Shown here: positions 34,780-44,766 of the stretch, piece after piece | Numbering within the stretch: position 1 is the stretch's first letter | How the letters are laid out: the number at the start of each line of letters is the position of its first letter | Source of the DNA: Pseudomonadota bacterium | GTDB taxonomy: Archaea > Thermoplasmatota > SW-10-69-26 > JACQPN01 > JAJPHT01 | Reading direction: 5' to 3' | DNA length: 64,000 bases | Assembly (NCBI GenBank): GCA_021325135.1 | Contig: JAJPHT010000015.1 | Coordinates: 1-64,000, forward strand | Position numbers and translations under genes: made by a program | The notes under the pieces: generated by a model | Told to the model about the DNA's origin: nothing | The model's input: the letters and a program-made list of their open reading frames with translations, nothing else | The model's database searches: none

Positions 34780-35243
34780 GCGCCCAGCCACGGCAGCGGC
34801 GCGAGGCCGGCCGCCGGGGGAGGCGTCAGCTCGCACAGGATGGGCAGGGGGCCCGCGTTGAGGAGGCAGTCGTAGCCGGGGCACGAGGCGCCGGCCGCGT
34901 TGACGACGCAGACGCCGTCGCAATCCGCCAGGCCCACGTTGACGACGCAGTGCGTGTCGCAGTCGGAGCCGCCCACGTTGAGCTGGCAGTCGCTCTTGCA
35001 GTCGCCCTGGACGTTCACCAGGCACGTGCCGTTGCCGCGGCAGCTGCCGCCGGGCGAGACGACGTGGACGGCGTTCACGGTGCAGGACGCGCTGCAATCC
35101 GCCGCCACGTTGATGGTGCAGCTCCCGCCCGCGGCGCAGGGGTCGGGCACGCTGACGACGCAGTCCGCCGCCGCGGAGGGCACGAAGGGCACGATGCCGG
35201 CAAGGAGGGCGGCGAGAAGGGCGACGAGATGGAGTTTCTTCAT
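34749..35243 (-). CDS. Secreted Cys-rich repeat protein
   Basis: Signal peptide MKKLHLVALLAALL; seven CxxN repeats, mostly at 12-14 aa period. Confidence 0.75.
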   Translation of the reverse strand: MKKLHLVALLAALLAGIVPFVPSAAADCVVSVPDPCAAGGSCTINVAADCSASCTVNAVHVVSPGGSCRGNGTCLVNVQGDCKSDCQLNVGGSDCDTHCVVNVGLADCDGVCVVNAAGASCPGYDCLLNAGPLPILCELTPPPAAGLAPLPWLGAYLTSPVRPQ

Positions 35244-35324
35244 GGACAGCCTCGCCCGCGGCACCATCGTCCCGAAGCATATACTTGCGTCGAAAAATGG
35301 AGAAAACGACCAGAGGCGGACTCC

Positions 35325-35516
35325 TCAGGGGAGGCGCCCGTCGACCAGCGCCTCCACGATCGCGGCCACCTTGTGGGGCCGCCCTCGTCGAACGCGCCGT
35401 CCACGGGGCCCCCGGCGGCATCCGGCTCCCGATCCCCGAGATGGGATCGGGGTCGCCCGCCGCCGCGATGGGCAGGAGCAGGAGGCACGCAAGGGAAGGG
35501 GAAAGGCCGCTCGCAC
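35325..35516 (-). pseudogene. Possible frameshifted small secreted-protein gene
   Basis: Protein-like pieces in different frames: VRAAFPL / LACLLLLPIAAAGDPDPI / EPDAAGGPVDGAFDEG / PHKVAAIVEALVDGRLP*; shifts lie near C/G runs. Confidence 0.3.
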
Positions 35517-35618
35517 GCTGGCGACCGGGCCCTGCCGGGCCTTCAAGGTTCTCCGCGGCCCGCGGACTTGCTGTGATTCCCGGATAAGGACGATATCACC
35601 GAGGGCCATCCAGCCCCG

Positions 35619-37562
35619 ATGCGAGCCATCGTCCTGCTCCTCACCCTGCTGACGCTGACGCCCCTCCTGCCCCTCGCCGCCGCCTCCGCGGCGCCCACCC
35701 CCGTCGACGCCGCGGGCCCCGACGCCGAGGGCGCCTGGGCCCTGCGCTACGACGCCGCGCGCGACGCGCCCGGCCGCGCCGCGGCGAGCCTCGACGTCGA
35801 GGTCCGCGACGGAGGCTCCACCCTCCGCGCCTCGCGCGACCTGGGCGCCCTGGACCTCCCCGCGGGCGCGACGCGGCTGAACCTCACCTTCCTGCCCGCC
35901 GAAGGCCCGGGCGACTACGCGGTCTCCCTGGTGCTCGACGGCCTGGAGGGCGAGCCGCTGGCCTTCCACGTCGAGGGGAGCCACGGCGCCAGCGCGCAGG
36001 TGGGCTTCTCCGTGCCCGACGAGCCCACCTGGCTCAACCTCACGTCGGACTCCGTGAACGCCGAGGGCAAGCAGAAGTCGCCCGGCGACGACGTGATCAC
36101 GCGCCTCACGCTCCACGACGGCAACGGCCTCGCGGACCTCGACCCCGCGCTGCGCTGGCGCGTCGACGGCCCGGGCTATCACGACGAGGGCGCGCTGCCC
36201 CTCCCCTCCGCGCCCTCTGCGACCGACGCCAGCGTCGAGCACCGCTGGCACGCCTCGCCGCTGGCCAACGCGACGTACCGGCTCACGCTCTCCGCCACGC
36301 GCCAGGGCGCCGCGCTGGCCAACGCGACGCGCACGTTCGTCATCAAGGACGCGCCCACGACGCTGGCGCCCCTCTCGCTCCCCAACGTGACGCCCGACGC
36401 CGACCTCGCGCTCCCCGTGGACGTCGTCCTCGCGGACCGCAACGGCGCGCCCGGCGCCGGCACGCTGGAGGCGCGCGTCTACCGCGGCAGCCAGCGCGCG
36501 GACGGGCTCAACGCGACCTTCGCCGACGGCAACGCCACCGTGGACCTGGCGCTGGGTCGCCCCCGCGGCGTCAGCGCGGAGGGGGCCGGCCTCACTGCGT
36601 TCCCGCTGACGCTGCGCGTCCCAGCGGGCGCCGCGCCCGGGCAGGCCCGCCTCTCGATCCTGCTCAACGGCGCGCTCCTGGGCTCCGCCACGCTCAACCT
36701 CAGCGCGCTTCCCACCCTGGCGAACCTCACCGCGACGCCCGAAGGCGACTCGCTCCGGTTCGACGCCTCAGGCTCCGGCGAGGGCGTGCTCCACGTCGAG
36801 CTTCGCGACGGCGGCCTCGCGAACGCCGCCGACGCGCCATTCGCCAACGGCTCCGCGCAGGCGCGCCTCGACGCGCCCGGCCCCGCGCGGGCGCTGCGCT
36901 GGAACGCCACGCTGCTCGCGCGCCCGGGCGGCGCGCCCCTCGCGTGGCGCGAGGGCGTCTGGACGCGCGCCGCGCCCGAGGTCTCCCTGCGCCTGCTGCG
37001 CGGCCTGCCGCGCCTCCCCGCCGCGTGGAGCGTCGAGGCGCCCGGCTGGGACCTCTCCGGAGCGGCCTTCAACGCGACGTTCACGCGCTGGGACGGCGCG
37101 CCCGAGCCCAACCTCACGGCGCGCTTCGACGGCTCGACGCTGGAGGTGGCGGGTCCCCCGACGCTGGAGCCGGGCCGCTACGCGATGATCGTGCGCCTCG
37201 CGCTCCCCAACGGCACCGTGGGCGTCGCGAACGCCACGCTGGACGCTGGCCCCTGGATGCGCGTCCACCTGGGCGCGCCCGTGGTCGCGGGCCGCGTCGC
37301 GCGTCTGGACCTCGCCAACGACGGTGGCCTCGCGGTGCGCCGCCTTGTCGTCGAGACGGAGGGCAACCTCACCGTGGCCCTCTTCGTCAACGGCTCCGCG
37401 GTGGCGCCGCGCGCGTCGCCCTCGGGCCGCCTCGTCTTCGACGGCCTCTCCCTGGCGCCGGGCGACGCGGCCGCGCTGGACGTGCGCCTCCCCGAGGGCC
37501 CGCTCCCGGCGGGCTTCCACGCCGGCGTCGTCCGCGTGCTCGCGCTCCCCGGGGGCTCCTGA
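35619..37562 (+). CDS. Secreted beta-rich hypothetical protein
   Basis: Signal peptide, many NxT sequons, Ig-like composition. Confidence 0.75.
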   Translation: MRAIVLLLTLLTLTPLLPLAAASAAPTPVDAAGPDAEGAWALRYDAARDAPGRAAASLDVEVRDGGSTLRASRDLGALDLPAGATRLNLTFLPAEGPGDYAVSLVLDGLEGEPLAFHVEGSHGASAQVGFSVPDEPTWLNLTSDSVNAEGKQKSPGDDVITRLTLHDGNGLADLDPALRWRVDGPGYHDEGALPLPSAPSATDASVEHRWHASPLANATYRLTLSATRQGAALANATRTFVIKDAPTTLAPLSLPNVTPDADLALPVDVVLADRNGAPGAGTLEARVYRGSQRADGLNATFADGNATVDLALGRPRGVSAEGAGLTAFPLTLRVPAGAAPGQARLSILLNGALLGSATLNLSALPTLANLTATPEGDSLRFDASGSGEGVLHVELRDGGLANAADAPFANGSAQARLDAPGPARALRWNATLLARPGGAPLAWREGVWTRAAPEVSLRLLRGLPRLPAAWSVEAPGWDLSGAAFNATFTRWDGAPEPNLTARFDGSTLEVAGPPTLEPGRYAMIVRLALPNGTVGVANATLDAGPWMRVHLGAPVVAGRVARLDLANDGGLAVRRLVVETEGNLTVALFVNGSAVAPRASPSGRLVFDGLSLAPGDAAALDVRLPEGPLPAGFHAGVVRVLALPGGS

Positions 37563-38002
37563 TGCGTGGCGCGTGGCTGGCGCTCCTCCTCGCGCTCCCG
37601 GCCGCCGCGGCGTTGGACGCCTTCCCCGCCGAGTCGCGCCTGGGCGCCACCGAGGCGCGCTTCCTCGTGCGCCTCCCCGACGGGGGCGCGCTGCGCGTCC
37701 GCGCCGACGCGCCGGTGGACGTCGCCCTCGCGCCCCCCGGCGGGGAGCCCGAGGCGTTCGCGCCCGCTCCGGCGAGCTTCACCGTGGGGACCGCGACCGC
37801 GTGGCACGGCCTCCCGGGCGCGGTGGAGATCGTCGCGCGCCGCGCGGACGCGACGAGGCCCGTCACGCTGGAGGCCGACGACGGCGCGGGCGGCGTCGAG
37901 CTGGAGTGGCCCGCGCAGGCGCCCGCGCGATGGGCGCCCGCCCCCGGCGCGCTGGCGCTCGTGGGGCTCGCGGGCGCGGCGCTCGCGCTCCGAAGGATGT
38001 AG
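37562..38002 (+). CDS. Small secreted protein with a C-terminal sorting-like anchor
   Basis: TGATG overlap; MRGAWLALLLALPAAAA signal; APAPG-hydrophobic-RRM tail. Confidence 0.7.
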   Translation: MRGAWLALLLALPAAAALDAFPAESRLGATEARFLVRLPDGGALRVRADAPVDVALAPPGGEPEAFAPAPASFTVGTATAWHGLPGAVEIVARRADATRPVTLEADDGAGGVELEWPAQAPARWAPAPGALALVGLAGAALALRRM

Positions 38003-38060
38003 CTACAACCGCAGTCCAAGTGTGGGAACATATATGCAACCCGAACCCCAGCTCGTCCTG

Positions 38061-38300
38061 ATGCCAAGCCGATCCGTCACCCGACGCGTGCGCCTCACGC
38101 CCGAAGAGGACAAGCGCCTCTCGCGCATCGCGAAGCAGCGCGGCGCCGACGTGAGCAAGGTCATCCGCGAGGCCATCGACCTCCTGGAGCGGGAGGACGC
38201 GCGCCGCGCGGCGTACGACCGCATGATCGAGATCGCGGAGAAGGAGCAGAAGGCCCTCCAGGGGCGCCCGCCCCCCAAGGAGCGCTGGGCCCCCAGGTAG
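38061..38300 (+). CDS. RHH/CopG antitoxin (VapB-like)
   Basis: RVRLTPEEDKRLSRIAKQRGADVSKVIREAI. Confidence 0.85.
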   Translation: MPSRSVTRRVRLTPEEDKRLSRIAKQRGADVSKVIREAIDLLEREDARRAAYDRMIEIAEKEQKALQGRPPPKERWAPR

Positions 38301-38307
38301 GTGGACC

Positions 38308-38697
38308 ATGCGGATCGTCCTCGACACGAGCGCGCTGTTCTACCCGCGCGCCCTGGCCTCGCTGCGCTCGGACCACCCCGGCGCGGAGCCCGTGATCCCC
38401 ACCGTCGTCCTCCTGGAGCGGGCGCGGCAGCTCTCCCGCGCGGGCCTCGACGGCGCGGGCGAGATGCGCGCGTTCGTCGAGCGCGGCGGGCTCACGCTGG
38501 AGGCGTTCGGCCCCGAGCAGGCGCTCCGCAGCCACCAGCGCGCGCCGCGGGACGACCGCCTCTGGGCGCGGGCGGGCCGCGACGCGATCATCGCGGGCCA
38601 CGTCGCGGAGGGGGACGTCCTCTGGACGGCGAACGCGCGCGACTTCCTCGACCTGGGCCTGGCGAGGGAGCAGGTGCTCGACGTCCGCGGCCTCTAA
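38308..38697 (+). CDS. PIN-domain toxin (VapC-like), paralog of 26878-27261
   Basis: IVLDTSAL, RDAIIAGHV..GDVLWT.NA.DF shared with the first copy. Confidence 0.88.
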   Translation: MRIVLDTSALFYPRALASLRSDHPGAEPVIPTVVLLERARQLSRAGLDGAGEMRAFVERGGLTLEAFGPEQALRSHQRAPRDDRLWARAGRDAIIAGHVAEGDVLWTANARDFLDLGLAREQVLDVRGL

Positions 38698-38723
38698 ACC
38701 TGCGCGTGGCGCTCCCCGCCGCG

Positions 38724-39167
38724 ATGCGGGAGATCGAGGCCTCGGGCGTGATCCGCGCGCCGCTGGATCGCGCGTGGGCGTGGTGGACCGACTTCGGCGA
38801 GGTGGGCGAGCTGTTCGTCATCGACCACGGCGTCTCGCGCACGCGGCGGCGCGTGATCGCGCGCGAGGGCGACGCGCTGGTGCTGGAGGAGCGCGGCGCG
38901 GGCCCCAAGCCCGGCATGCTCCTCGTGCGCCACCGCGTGACGATCCTCCCCGCGGAGCGCGCGCTGCGCGAGGAGGTCACGTTCCCCGCCCGCGTCGTGA
39001 CGCGCTGGGAGTTCCGCGAGGACCCGGAGGGCACGCGCGTCACGCGCCGCGTGGATCGCCGGGGGCTCGCGCGGCTGGCGCCGGCGGGGCTCTCCCGCCG
39101 GTGGGTCCAGCGCGACCTCGACGCCCACGTGGCGGCCGCGAACCGGGAGCTTACGCAGGCAGCGTGA
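38724..39167 (+). CDS. SRPBCC family protein
   Basis: IEASGVIRAPLDRAWAWWTD...WEF....GTRVT, C-terminal helix. Confidence 0.75.
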   Translation: MREIEASGVIRAPLDRAWAWWTDFGEVGELFVIDHGVSRTRRRVIAREGDALVLEERGAGPKPGMLLVRHRVTILPAERALREEVTFPARVVTRWEFREDPEGTRVTRRVDRRGLARLAPAGLSRRWVQRDLDAHVAAANRELTQAA

Positions 39168-40869
39168 CGATCCGCGCCCAGGTCTCCTCGCTCCCGTCGA
39201 AGCCCACGACGCGCAGCCTCGCCACGTAGATGCCGGGCCGCGCGTAGGCGTGGCTTACGGAGGAGCCGAAGGCGAGCCATCCGTCGCCGAAGTCCCAGAT
39301 GGCGAGCCCCTGCGCGCTCGTAGAGAACGTGCAGGCCATCCCGGCGCAGCGCACTCCCAGCCCGGTGGCCGGCGCGGAGGCGCCCTGGACGACGACCGAG
39401 GTCGTGGCGCTGGCCGTGGCGCCCTGGTCGTCGGTGACGGTGAGCTTGACGCCGTGCGTGCCGGCGCCCAGGAAGACCGTCGTCTGCGCGCCCTGCGCGA
39501 TGACCTGGCCGTTCTCGCTCCACGTCCACGACACGATGCGCCCGTCGGGGTCGCGCGAGGCCGTGCCGTCCAGCGCGACCGGCGCGCGGTCGAACCCGGC
39601 GGGGAGCGTGACCGCGAGGCGGGGCGCCACGACGGCGATGGGCGGCTGGTTCGTCGAGCCGCCCGGCGCGGGCGTCGGGGTCGGCGAGGGCGCGCCGCCC
39701 TGGCCCAGCGCCGCGTCGAGGCTTGCCTTGGCGTCGACGATGCCGTAGCCGAGCTGCTCCGTGCGGCCGCGGCCGCCGTCCTGCGCGTTCGCTTCGAGCA
39801 CGTCGCGCAGCTTCGCGTTGCTCATGGGCACGCGGCCCGCGACCAGCGCCGCGACGCCCGCGACGGCGGGCGTGGACATGCTGGTGCCGCTGAGCGTCTT
39901 GTACGCGTCGTCGGCCGCGTTCCACGTCGATAGCACCTGGTAGCCGGGCGCGGCGAGGGCGGCCTCGGGGCCCTGGCTGGAGAAGCTGCACAGCGAGCGC
40001 GAGGACGTCGTGCAGGTGACCGCCACGACCTGCGGGTACGCCGCCGGGTACTCCACGCAGTCCGTGCAGGGGCCGCTGTTGCCCGCGGCCGCGACGAGGA
40101 GGCTGCCCCGCGCCCAGGCGTAGGAGACCGCGGAGGCCAGGAGCGCCGATCCGGAGCCGCCCAGGCTCATGCTGATGACCGTGGCGTGGTGGTCGGCGCA
40201 CCAGCGGATGCCGCTGGCGATGTTGGAGTCGTAGCCGCTGCCGGTGGAGTCGATGGCCTTCACGGCGTAGAAGCCCGCCTGGGAGATGCCCGCGACCCCT
40301 TTGCCGTTGTTCATGGTCGCCGCCGCGATGCCCGCGACGTGCGTGCCGTGGCCGTTGTCGTCCCACGGGTCGCTGGTGCCGTGCACGAAGTCCCAGCCGC
40401 CCAGCCAGCGCGCGCCGGCAAGGTCCTCGTGCGTGGAGCGGACGCCCGTGTCCACGAAGCAGATCGTGGCGCCGGGGCCGCCCGACGCCTCGGGCCACGC
40501 CTCGGGCGCGCGGACCTGCTGCGGCGCGTACTGCTGGGACCAGAGCGGATCGGAGGGCGCGTCGCGGACCCACGTCTGGGACGCGTCGGCCTCCACCGAG
40601 AGCACGTTGGGATCGTCCTGCGTCGAGAGCAGGCCGACGGCGGAGGGCGCCACGACGGCGAAGCGCAGCGCGGGGTCGACGCGCACGACGTCGCCTCCGC
40701 GGAACGACGCGCCCGGCGCCAGCCCTTCGGGGAACGCCTTGAACGTCACCACCAGGGGGCTGGAGGGGGCGGTGGCCGCCGCGGCGGCGGGCTCCGCCGC
40801 GACGAGGGTCGCCAGCAGACCGATCGCGATGCAGGCCGTCAGGAGGGGGACGGGGGTGCGGGCCTTCAC
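39151..40869 (-). CDS. Secreted S8 subtilase with PKD domains
   Basis: DTG, HGTHVAG, AAAGN, GTSMSTP; DGTASRDPDG..W.W and WDFGDG. Confidence 0.94.
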   Translation of the reverse strand: MKARTPVPLLTACIAIGLLATLVAAEPAAAAATAPSSPLVVTFKAFPEGLAPGASFRGGDVVRVDPALRFAVVAPSAVGLLSTQDDPNVLSVEADASQTWVRDAPSDPLWSQQYAPQQVRAPEAWPEASGGPGATICFVDTGVRSTHEDLAGARWLGGWDFVHGTSDPWDDNGHGTHVAGIAAATMNNGKGVAGISQAGFYAVKAIDSTGSGYDSNIASGIRWCADHHATVISMSLGGSGSALLASAVSYAWARGSLLVAAAGNSGPCTDCVEYPAAYPQVVAVTCTTSSRSLCSFSSQGPEAALAAPGYQVLSTWNAADDAYKTLSGTSMSTPAVAGVAALVAGRVPMSNAKLRDVLEANAQDGGRGRTEQLGYGIVDAKASLDAALGQGGAPSPTPTPAPGGSTNQPPIAVVAPRLAVTLPAGFDRAPVALDGTASRDPDGRIVSWTWSENGQVIAQGAQTTVFLGAGTHGVKLTVTDDQGATASATTSVVVQGASAPATGLGVRCAGMACTFSTSAQGLAIWDFGDGWLAFGSSVSHAYARPGIYVARLRVVGFDGSEETWARIVTLPA

Positions 40870-41024
40870 GCCCGGGCATCCACCCTGGCGCCAAGACGGA
40901 GGGAGGGAGCGTCAGGTCCGCGCCCGCGACGCCGCGACGCGGCCGAAAGGAACGAGGGTCGGTCACTATTGGAAACCACCCGCCGAGGCTTGATGGGGCG
41001 CACCCGCCTTGGCCGCGCAGACAG

Positions 41025-41282
41025 GTGGTTCCCGTGTACCGAGCCGAAGTCCGCATCGAGCTGAAGCCTGGCGTGGCCGACCCCGAGGGAGCGAACACCA
41101 AGAAGGCGCTGGAGCTCCTGGGCTTCAAGGGCGTCAAGGCCGTGAAGTCCGTCCACGCGTTCAGCCTGGACGTGGACGCCGCCAGCGAGACCGAGGCCAA
41201 GGCGCAGGTCGAGGAGATGTGCAAGCGCCTCCTCGTGAACCCGGTCATCCACACGCCGCGCATCACCCTCCAGAAGGCGTGA
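41025..41282 (+). CDS. purS: FGAM synthase subunit PurS
   Basis: LKPGVADPEG...MCKRLLVNPVI. Confidence 0.95.
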   Translation: MVPVYRAEVRIELKPGVADPEGANTKKALELLGFKGVKAVKSVHAFSLDVDAASETEAKAQVEEMCKRLLVNPVIHTPRITLQKA

Positions 41283-41285
41283 TCC

Positions 41286-43649
41286 ATGAGCGCGCTCACG
41301 AACCGCAGCAAGGTCGTCTTGGAGAGCCCGAAGGTCTACGCCATCGACCTCGCGGGCGCCAGCGACGCCGAGCTTCTGGAGATCAGCAAGACCATGGGCA
41401 TCGGCCTGGACGCCAGCGAGATGCGCGTCGTGCAGGAGCACTTCGCCAAGCTGGGCCGCGCGCCGCGCGACATCGAGCTGGAGGCCCTGGGCCAGGCGTG
41501 GAGCGAGCACTGCTGCTACAAGAGCAGCAAGCCCGTGCTCAAGCGCCACGTCTATGGCATCCACGAGGACCGCCTCGTCGCCCGCGAGGACGCGGGTGTG
41601 ATGCGCTTCGACGGCGAGTGGGACTACGTCGCCAAGATCGAGAGCCACAACCACCCCAGCGCCATCGAGCCCTACGGCGGCGCGGCCACCGGCATCGGCG
41701 GCGTCGTGCGCGACGTCGTGTGCATGGGCGCGCAGCCCATCGCCCTCATCGACCCCCTCTTCTTCGGGCCGCTGGACACGCCCTACGAGAAGCTCCCCCC
41801 GGGCACCAAGCACCCCAAGTACCTGGCGGGCGGCGTCGTGTCGGGCATCCGCGACTACGGCAACCGCATCGGCATCCCCACCGTCGCGGGCCTCATCCAC
41901 TTCCACCCCAAGTTCCTGACCAACTGCCTCGTCAACGTGGGCTGCATCGGGATCATGAAGCGCGAGAACCTCATCCACTCGCGCGTCGGCAACGTCGGCG
42001 ACCTCTACATCCTCCTGGGAGGGCGCACGGGCCGCGACGGCATCCACGGCGTGACCTTCGCCAGCGCGGACCTCGCCGAGGACGCCGAGGAGTCCAGCCG
42101 CAGCGCGGTGCAGCTTGGCGACCCCATCACCAAGGAGCCGCTCATCCACGCGTGCCTGGAGGCCAACGAGAGGAAGCTTCTCACCGGGTTCAAGGACCTG
42201 GGCGGCGGCGGCCTCTCGTGCGTGTGCGGCGAGATGGCGCTGGACGCGGGCGTCGGCGCCGAGATCCACCTCGACCAGGTCCACCTCAAGGCGCCCGACA
42301 TGAAGCCCTGGGAGATCTGGGTCAGCGAATCGCAGGAGCGCATGATGGTCACGGTCCTCCCCGAGAACGTGGAGAAGGTCCTCGCCATCGCCAGCAAGTG
42401 GGACGTCGAGGCGCGCGTCATCGGCACCGCGATCCCCCACAAGACGGTGCGCGTCATGTGGAAGGGCAGCGTCGTCTTCGAGATGGACAGCGAGTTCCTC
42501 TACGGCGGGCCCGTCTACAACCGCCCCATGGAGATCGTCGACGTGCAGGCCGCGACGACGAAGCGCCCCGCGCCGCGCGAGGACTACTCCAAGGCGCTTC
42601 TGGAGCTGCTGGGCCACGAGAACCTGGCCAGCCGCGAGAGCGTCATCCGCGTCTACGACCACGAGGTCCGCGCCCGCACCGTGCTGAAGCCCCTCCAGGG
42701 CAAGGTGGGCGTCGCGAGCCACGGCGACGCGGCGGTGCTCAAGCCCGTCGCGGACTCCTGGAAGGGCCTCGCCATCACCTGTGATATCAACCCGCACATG
42801 ACCGACGTGGACCCCTACTGGGGCACGCTCTCGGGCGTCGACGAGCTTGCGAGGAACCTCGCCTCGGTGGGCGCGCGGCTCGACAGCATCGCGGACAACC
42901 TCAACCTCCCCAACCCGCAGAAGCCGCTCCAGATGGGGCGCATCGAGATGGGCGCCAAGGCGCTGGGCGACGGCGCCCGCGCGCTGGGCACGCCCTTCAT
43001 CAGCGGCAACGTGAGCATGTACAACGAGTCGGCCTACACGCCGATCCCGGTGACGCCCAGCCTCCTGGGTGTGGGCATCGTGCAGGACATCCGCAAGTGC
43101 GTGACCACCGACCTCAAGCCCGAGGGCGGCCCCCTCTACCACGTGGGCGTCGTCAAGGACGAGATGGGCGGGAGCCACTGGTTCGCGCTCGCGGGCGGCG
43201 AGAGCACGGCGGTCCCGCGCGTCGACCTGCGCGAGACGAAGGCCTTCAGCGAGGCCGTCGTGTCCGCCATCGAGAAGGGGCTCGTCTCCGCGGCGCATGA
43301 TATCAGCATGGGCGGCCTCGCGGTCGCGCTGGCCGAGATGTGCATGGGCGGCGACGTGGGCGCCAGCGTGGACCTCTCCGCGCTGGGCGACCTCCCCACC
43401 GACGTGAAGCTCTTCAGCGAGTCCAACACGCGCTGGCTCGTCCAGGCGAAGGACGGCGCCGCGTTCGAGGCCCACATGGCCGCCGCGGGCGTGCCGGTCC
43501 AGCGCCTGGGCGGCGTCGGCGGCGACGCGATCCGCGTCAGCGACCGCGCGCCCCCCGCGTCCCGCGCGGGCTTCGTGGGCGTCCTGCACGTGCCCGTCGA
43601 GGCCGCGCGTGCCGAGTTCTCCACCGGCCTCAAGAGGAGGATGGCCTGA
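41286..43649 (+). CDS. purL: FGAM synthase subunit PurL
   Basis: WSEHCCYKSS, ESHNHPS, TGRDGIHG, DLGGGG, SESQERM. Confidence 0.97.
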   Translation: MSALTNRSKVVLESPKVYAIDLAGASDAELLEISKTMGIGLDASEMRVVQEHFAKLGRAPRDIELEALGQAWSEHCCYKSSKPVLKRHVYGIHEDRLVAREDAGVMRFDGEWDYVAKIESHNHPSAIEPYGGAATGIGGVVRDVVCMGAQPIALIDPLFFGPLDTPYEKLPPGTKHPKYLAGGVVSGIRDYGNRIGIPTVAGLIHFHPKFLTNCLVNVGCIGIMKRENLIHSRVGNVGDLYILLGGRTGRDGIHGVTFASADLAEDAEESSRSAVQLGDPITKEPLIHACLEANERKLLTGFKDLGGGGLSCVCGEMALDAGVGAEIHLDQVHLKAPDMKPWEIWVSESQERMMVTVLPENVEKVLAIASKWDVEARVIGTAIPHKTVRVMWKGSVVFEMDSEFLYGGPVYNRPMEIVDVQAATTKRPAPREDYSKALLELLGHENLASRESVIRVYDHEVRARTVLKPLQGKVGVASHGDAAVLKPVADSWKGLAITCDINPHMTDVDPYWGTLSGVDELARNLASVGARLDSIADNLNLPNPQKPLQMGRIEMGAKALGDGARALGTPFISGNVSMYNESAYTPIPVTPSLLGVGIVQDIRKCVTTDLKPEGGPLYHVGVVKDEMGGSHWFALAGGESTAVPRVDLRETKAFSEAVVSAIEKGLVSAAHDISMGGLAVALAEMCMGGDVGASVDLSALGDLPTDVKLFSESNTRWLVQAKDGAAFEAHMAAAGVPVQRLGGVGGDAIRVSDRAPPASRAGFVGVLHVPVEAARAEFSTGLKRRMA

Positions 43650-44495
43650 ATGGTCTACCGAAAGGACATCAAAGTGGCCGTGCTCCGCATCGAGGGCACC
43701 AACAACGAGCAGGAGATGTGGGACAACTTCCACGCCATGGGCGCGCAGCCTGAGCTCGTGCACCTCAACCAGCTCGTCAAGAAGGACCTGCCCAAGGAGG
43801 AGAGGCGCAGCCTCGCGGACTACCACGTCCTCATGCTGCCCGGCGGCTTCAGCGCGGGCGACTACATCCGCGCCGGAGCGATCTACGCCGCGCGCATGAA
43901 GGCGGCGATCCCCAAGGAGATCGAGCAGTTCGTCGCCGCCGAGAAGCCCATCGGAGGCATGTGCAACGGCTTCCAGGTCCTCGTGGAGCTTGGCCTCCTG
44001 CCGGGCAAGGGCGCGGTCCTCCCCGACCAGCCCATGGCCGTGCTCAACCGCAACGACAGCGCGCTCTTCGAGTGCCGCCCCACGCTGCTGAAGCACGAGA
44101 GCCGCGGCAAGTGCGTGTTCACGCGGAGCATCCCCCGCGGCGAGGTGCGTCTCATCCCCAGCGCGCACGCCGAGGGGAAGTTCATGCTGGAGGCCTCCGA
44201 GCGCGAGCGCGTCCTGCGCGAGCTTGCCGAGCGCGACCAGGTCGTGTTCACCTACGCGGGCCCCGACGGCGGCCCGGCGGCCTACCCGTGGAGCCCCTCG
44301 GGCTCGACGGCGGGCATCGCGGGCGTCTGCAACGACATGGGCACGGTGTTCGGCATGATGCCGCACCCCGAGCGCGTGTTCCACCGCTGGCAGCACCCCG
44401 ACTGGACGCGCGACGCGCGGCACAAGCCCGACGGGCCCGGCGACGGGCGCGCCGTCTTCGAGAGCGTGCTGGCCTACGTGGAGAAGCGGTTCTAA
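43650..44495 (+). CDS. purQ: FGAM synthase subunit PurQ
   Basis: PGGFSAGDY, CNGFQ, AHAEG, GMMPHPER. Confidence 0.97.
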   Translation: MVYRKDIKVAVLRIEGTNNEQEMWDNFHAMGAQPELVHLNQLVKKDLPKEERRSLADYHVLMLPGGFSAGDYIRAGAIYAARMKAAIPKEIEQFVAAEKPIGGMCNGFQVLVELGLLPGKGAVLPDQPMAVLNRNDSALFECRPTLLKHESRGKCVFTRSIPRGEVRLIPSAHAEGKFMLEASERERVLRELAERDQVVFTYAGPDGGPAAYPWSPSGSTAGIAGVCNDMGTVFGMMPHPERVFHRWQHPDWTRDARHKPDGPGDGRAVFESVLAYVEKRF

Positions 44496-44498
44496 AGC

Positions 44499-44690
44499 GG
44501 GGGGTTCGGGGGGCGCAGCCCCCGGAGGCCAGCGTCGTTCGGCCGCGCCGCAGCGCGGCTACCCGAGGGGGTTTCAGGGGGCGAAGCCCCCTGACGTGAA
44601 AGGACCGTTCCAACAGACGACGAAAACGTCAGGGGGGCGAGCCCCCCTGAAACCCCCCTCTTGGCGGCGCTGCGGCGCCGCCGAACGACG
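44499..44690. repeat. REP/MITE-like palindromic element, copy 2 (most complete)
   Basis: Extra REP unit at 44499-44524, then a 158-bp unit with termini cgtcgttcgg (44533) / ccgaacgacg (44690) enclosing the same core as copy 1. Confidence 0.9.
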
Positions 44691-44766
44691 AGGAAATGGA
44701 GATTGTGCAGCCGCTTCTAGCCGTGTTCCACAAAGGGCGCGTAGCGGGCGCGCCGAGCCCCTGGCC

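Noticed and set aside
35315-35510. Multi-hairpin ncRNA or RNase P RNA
   Set aside because: No GAGGAAAGUCC-type signature; stems are expected at this GC content, and protein-like fragments on the minus strand favour a broken small gene.
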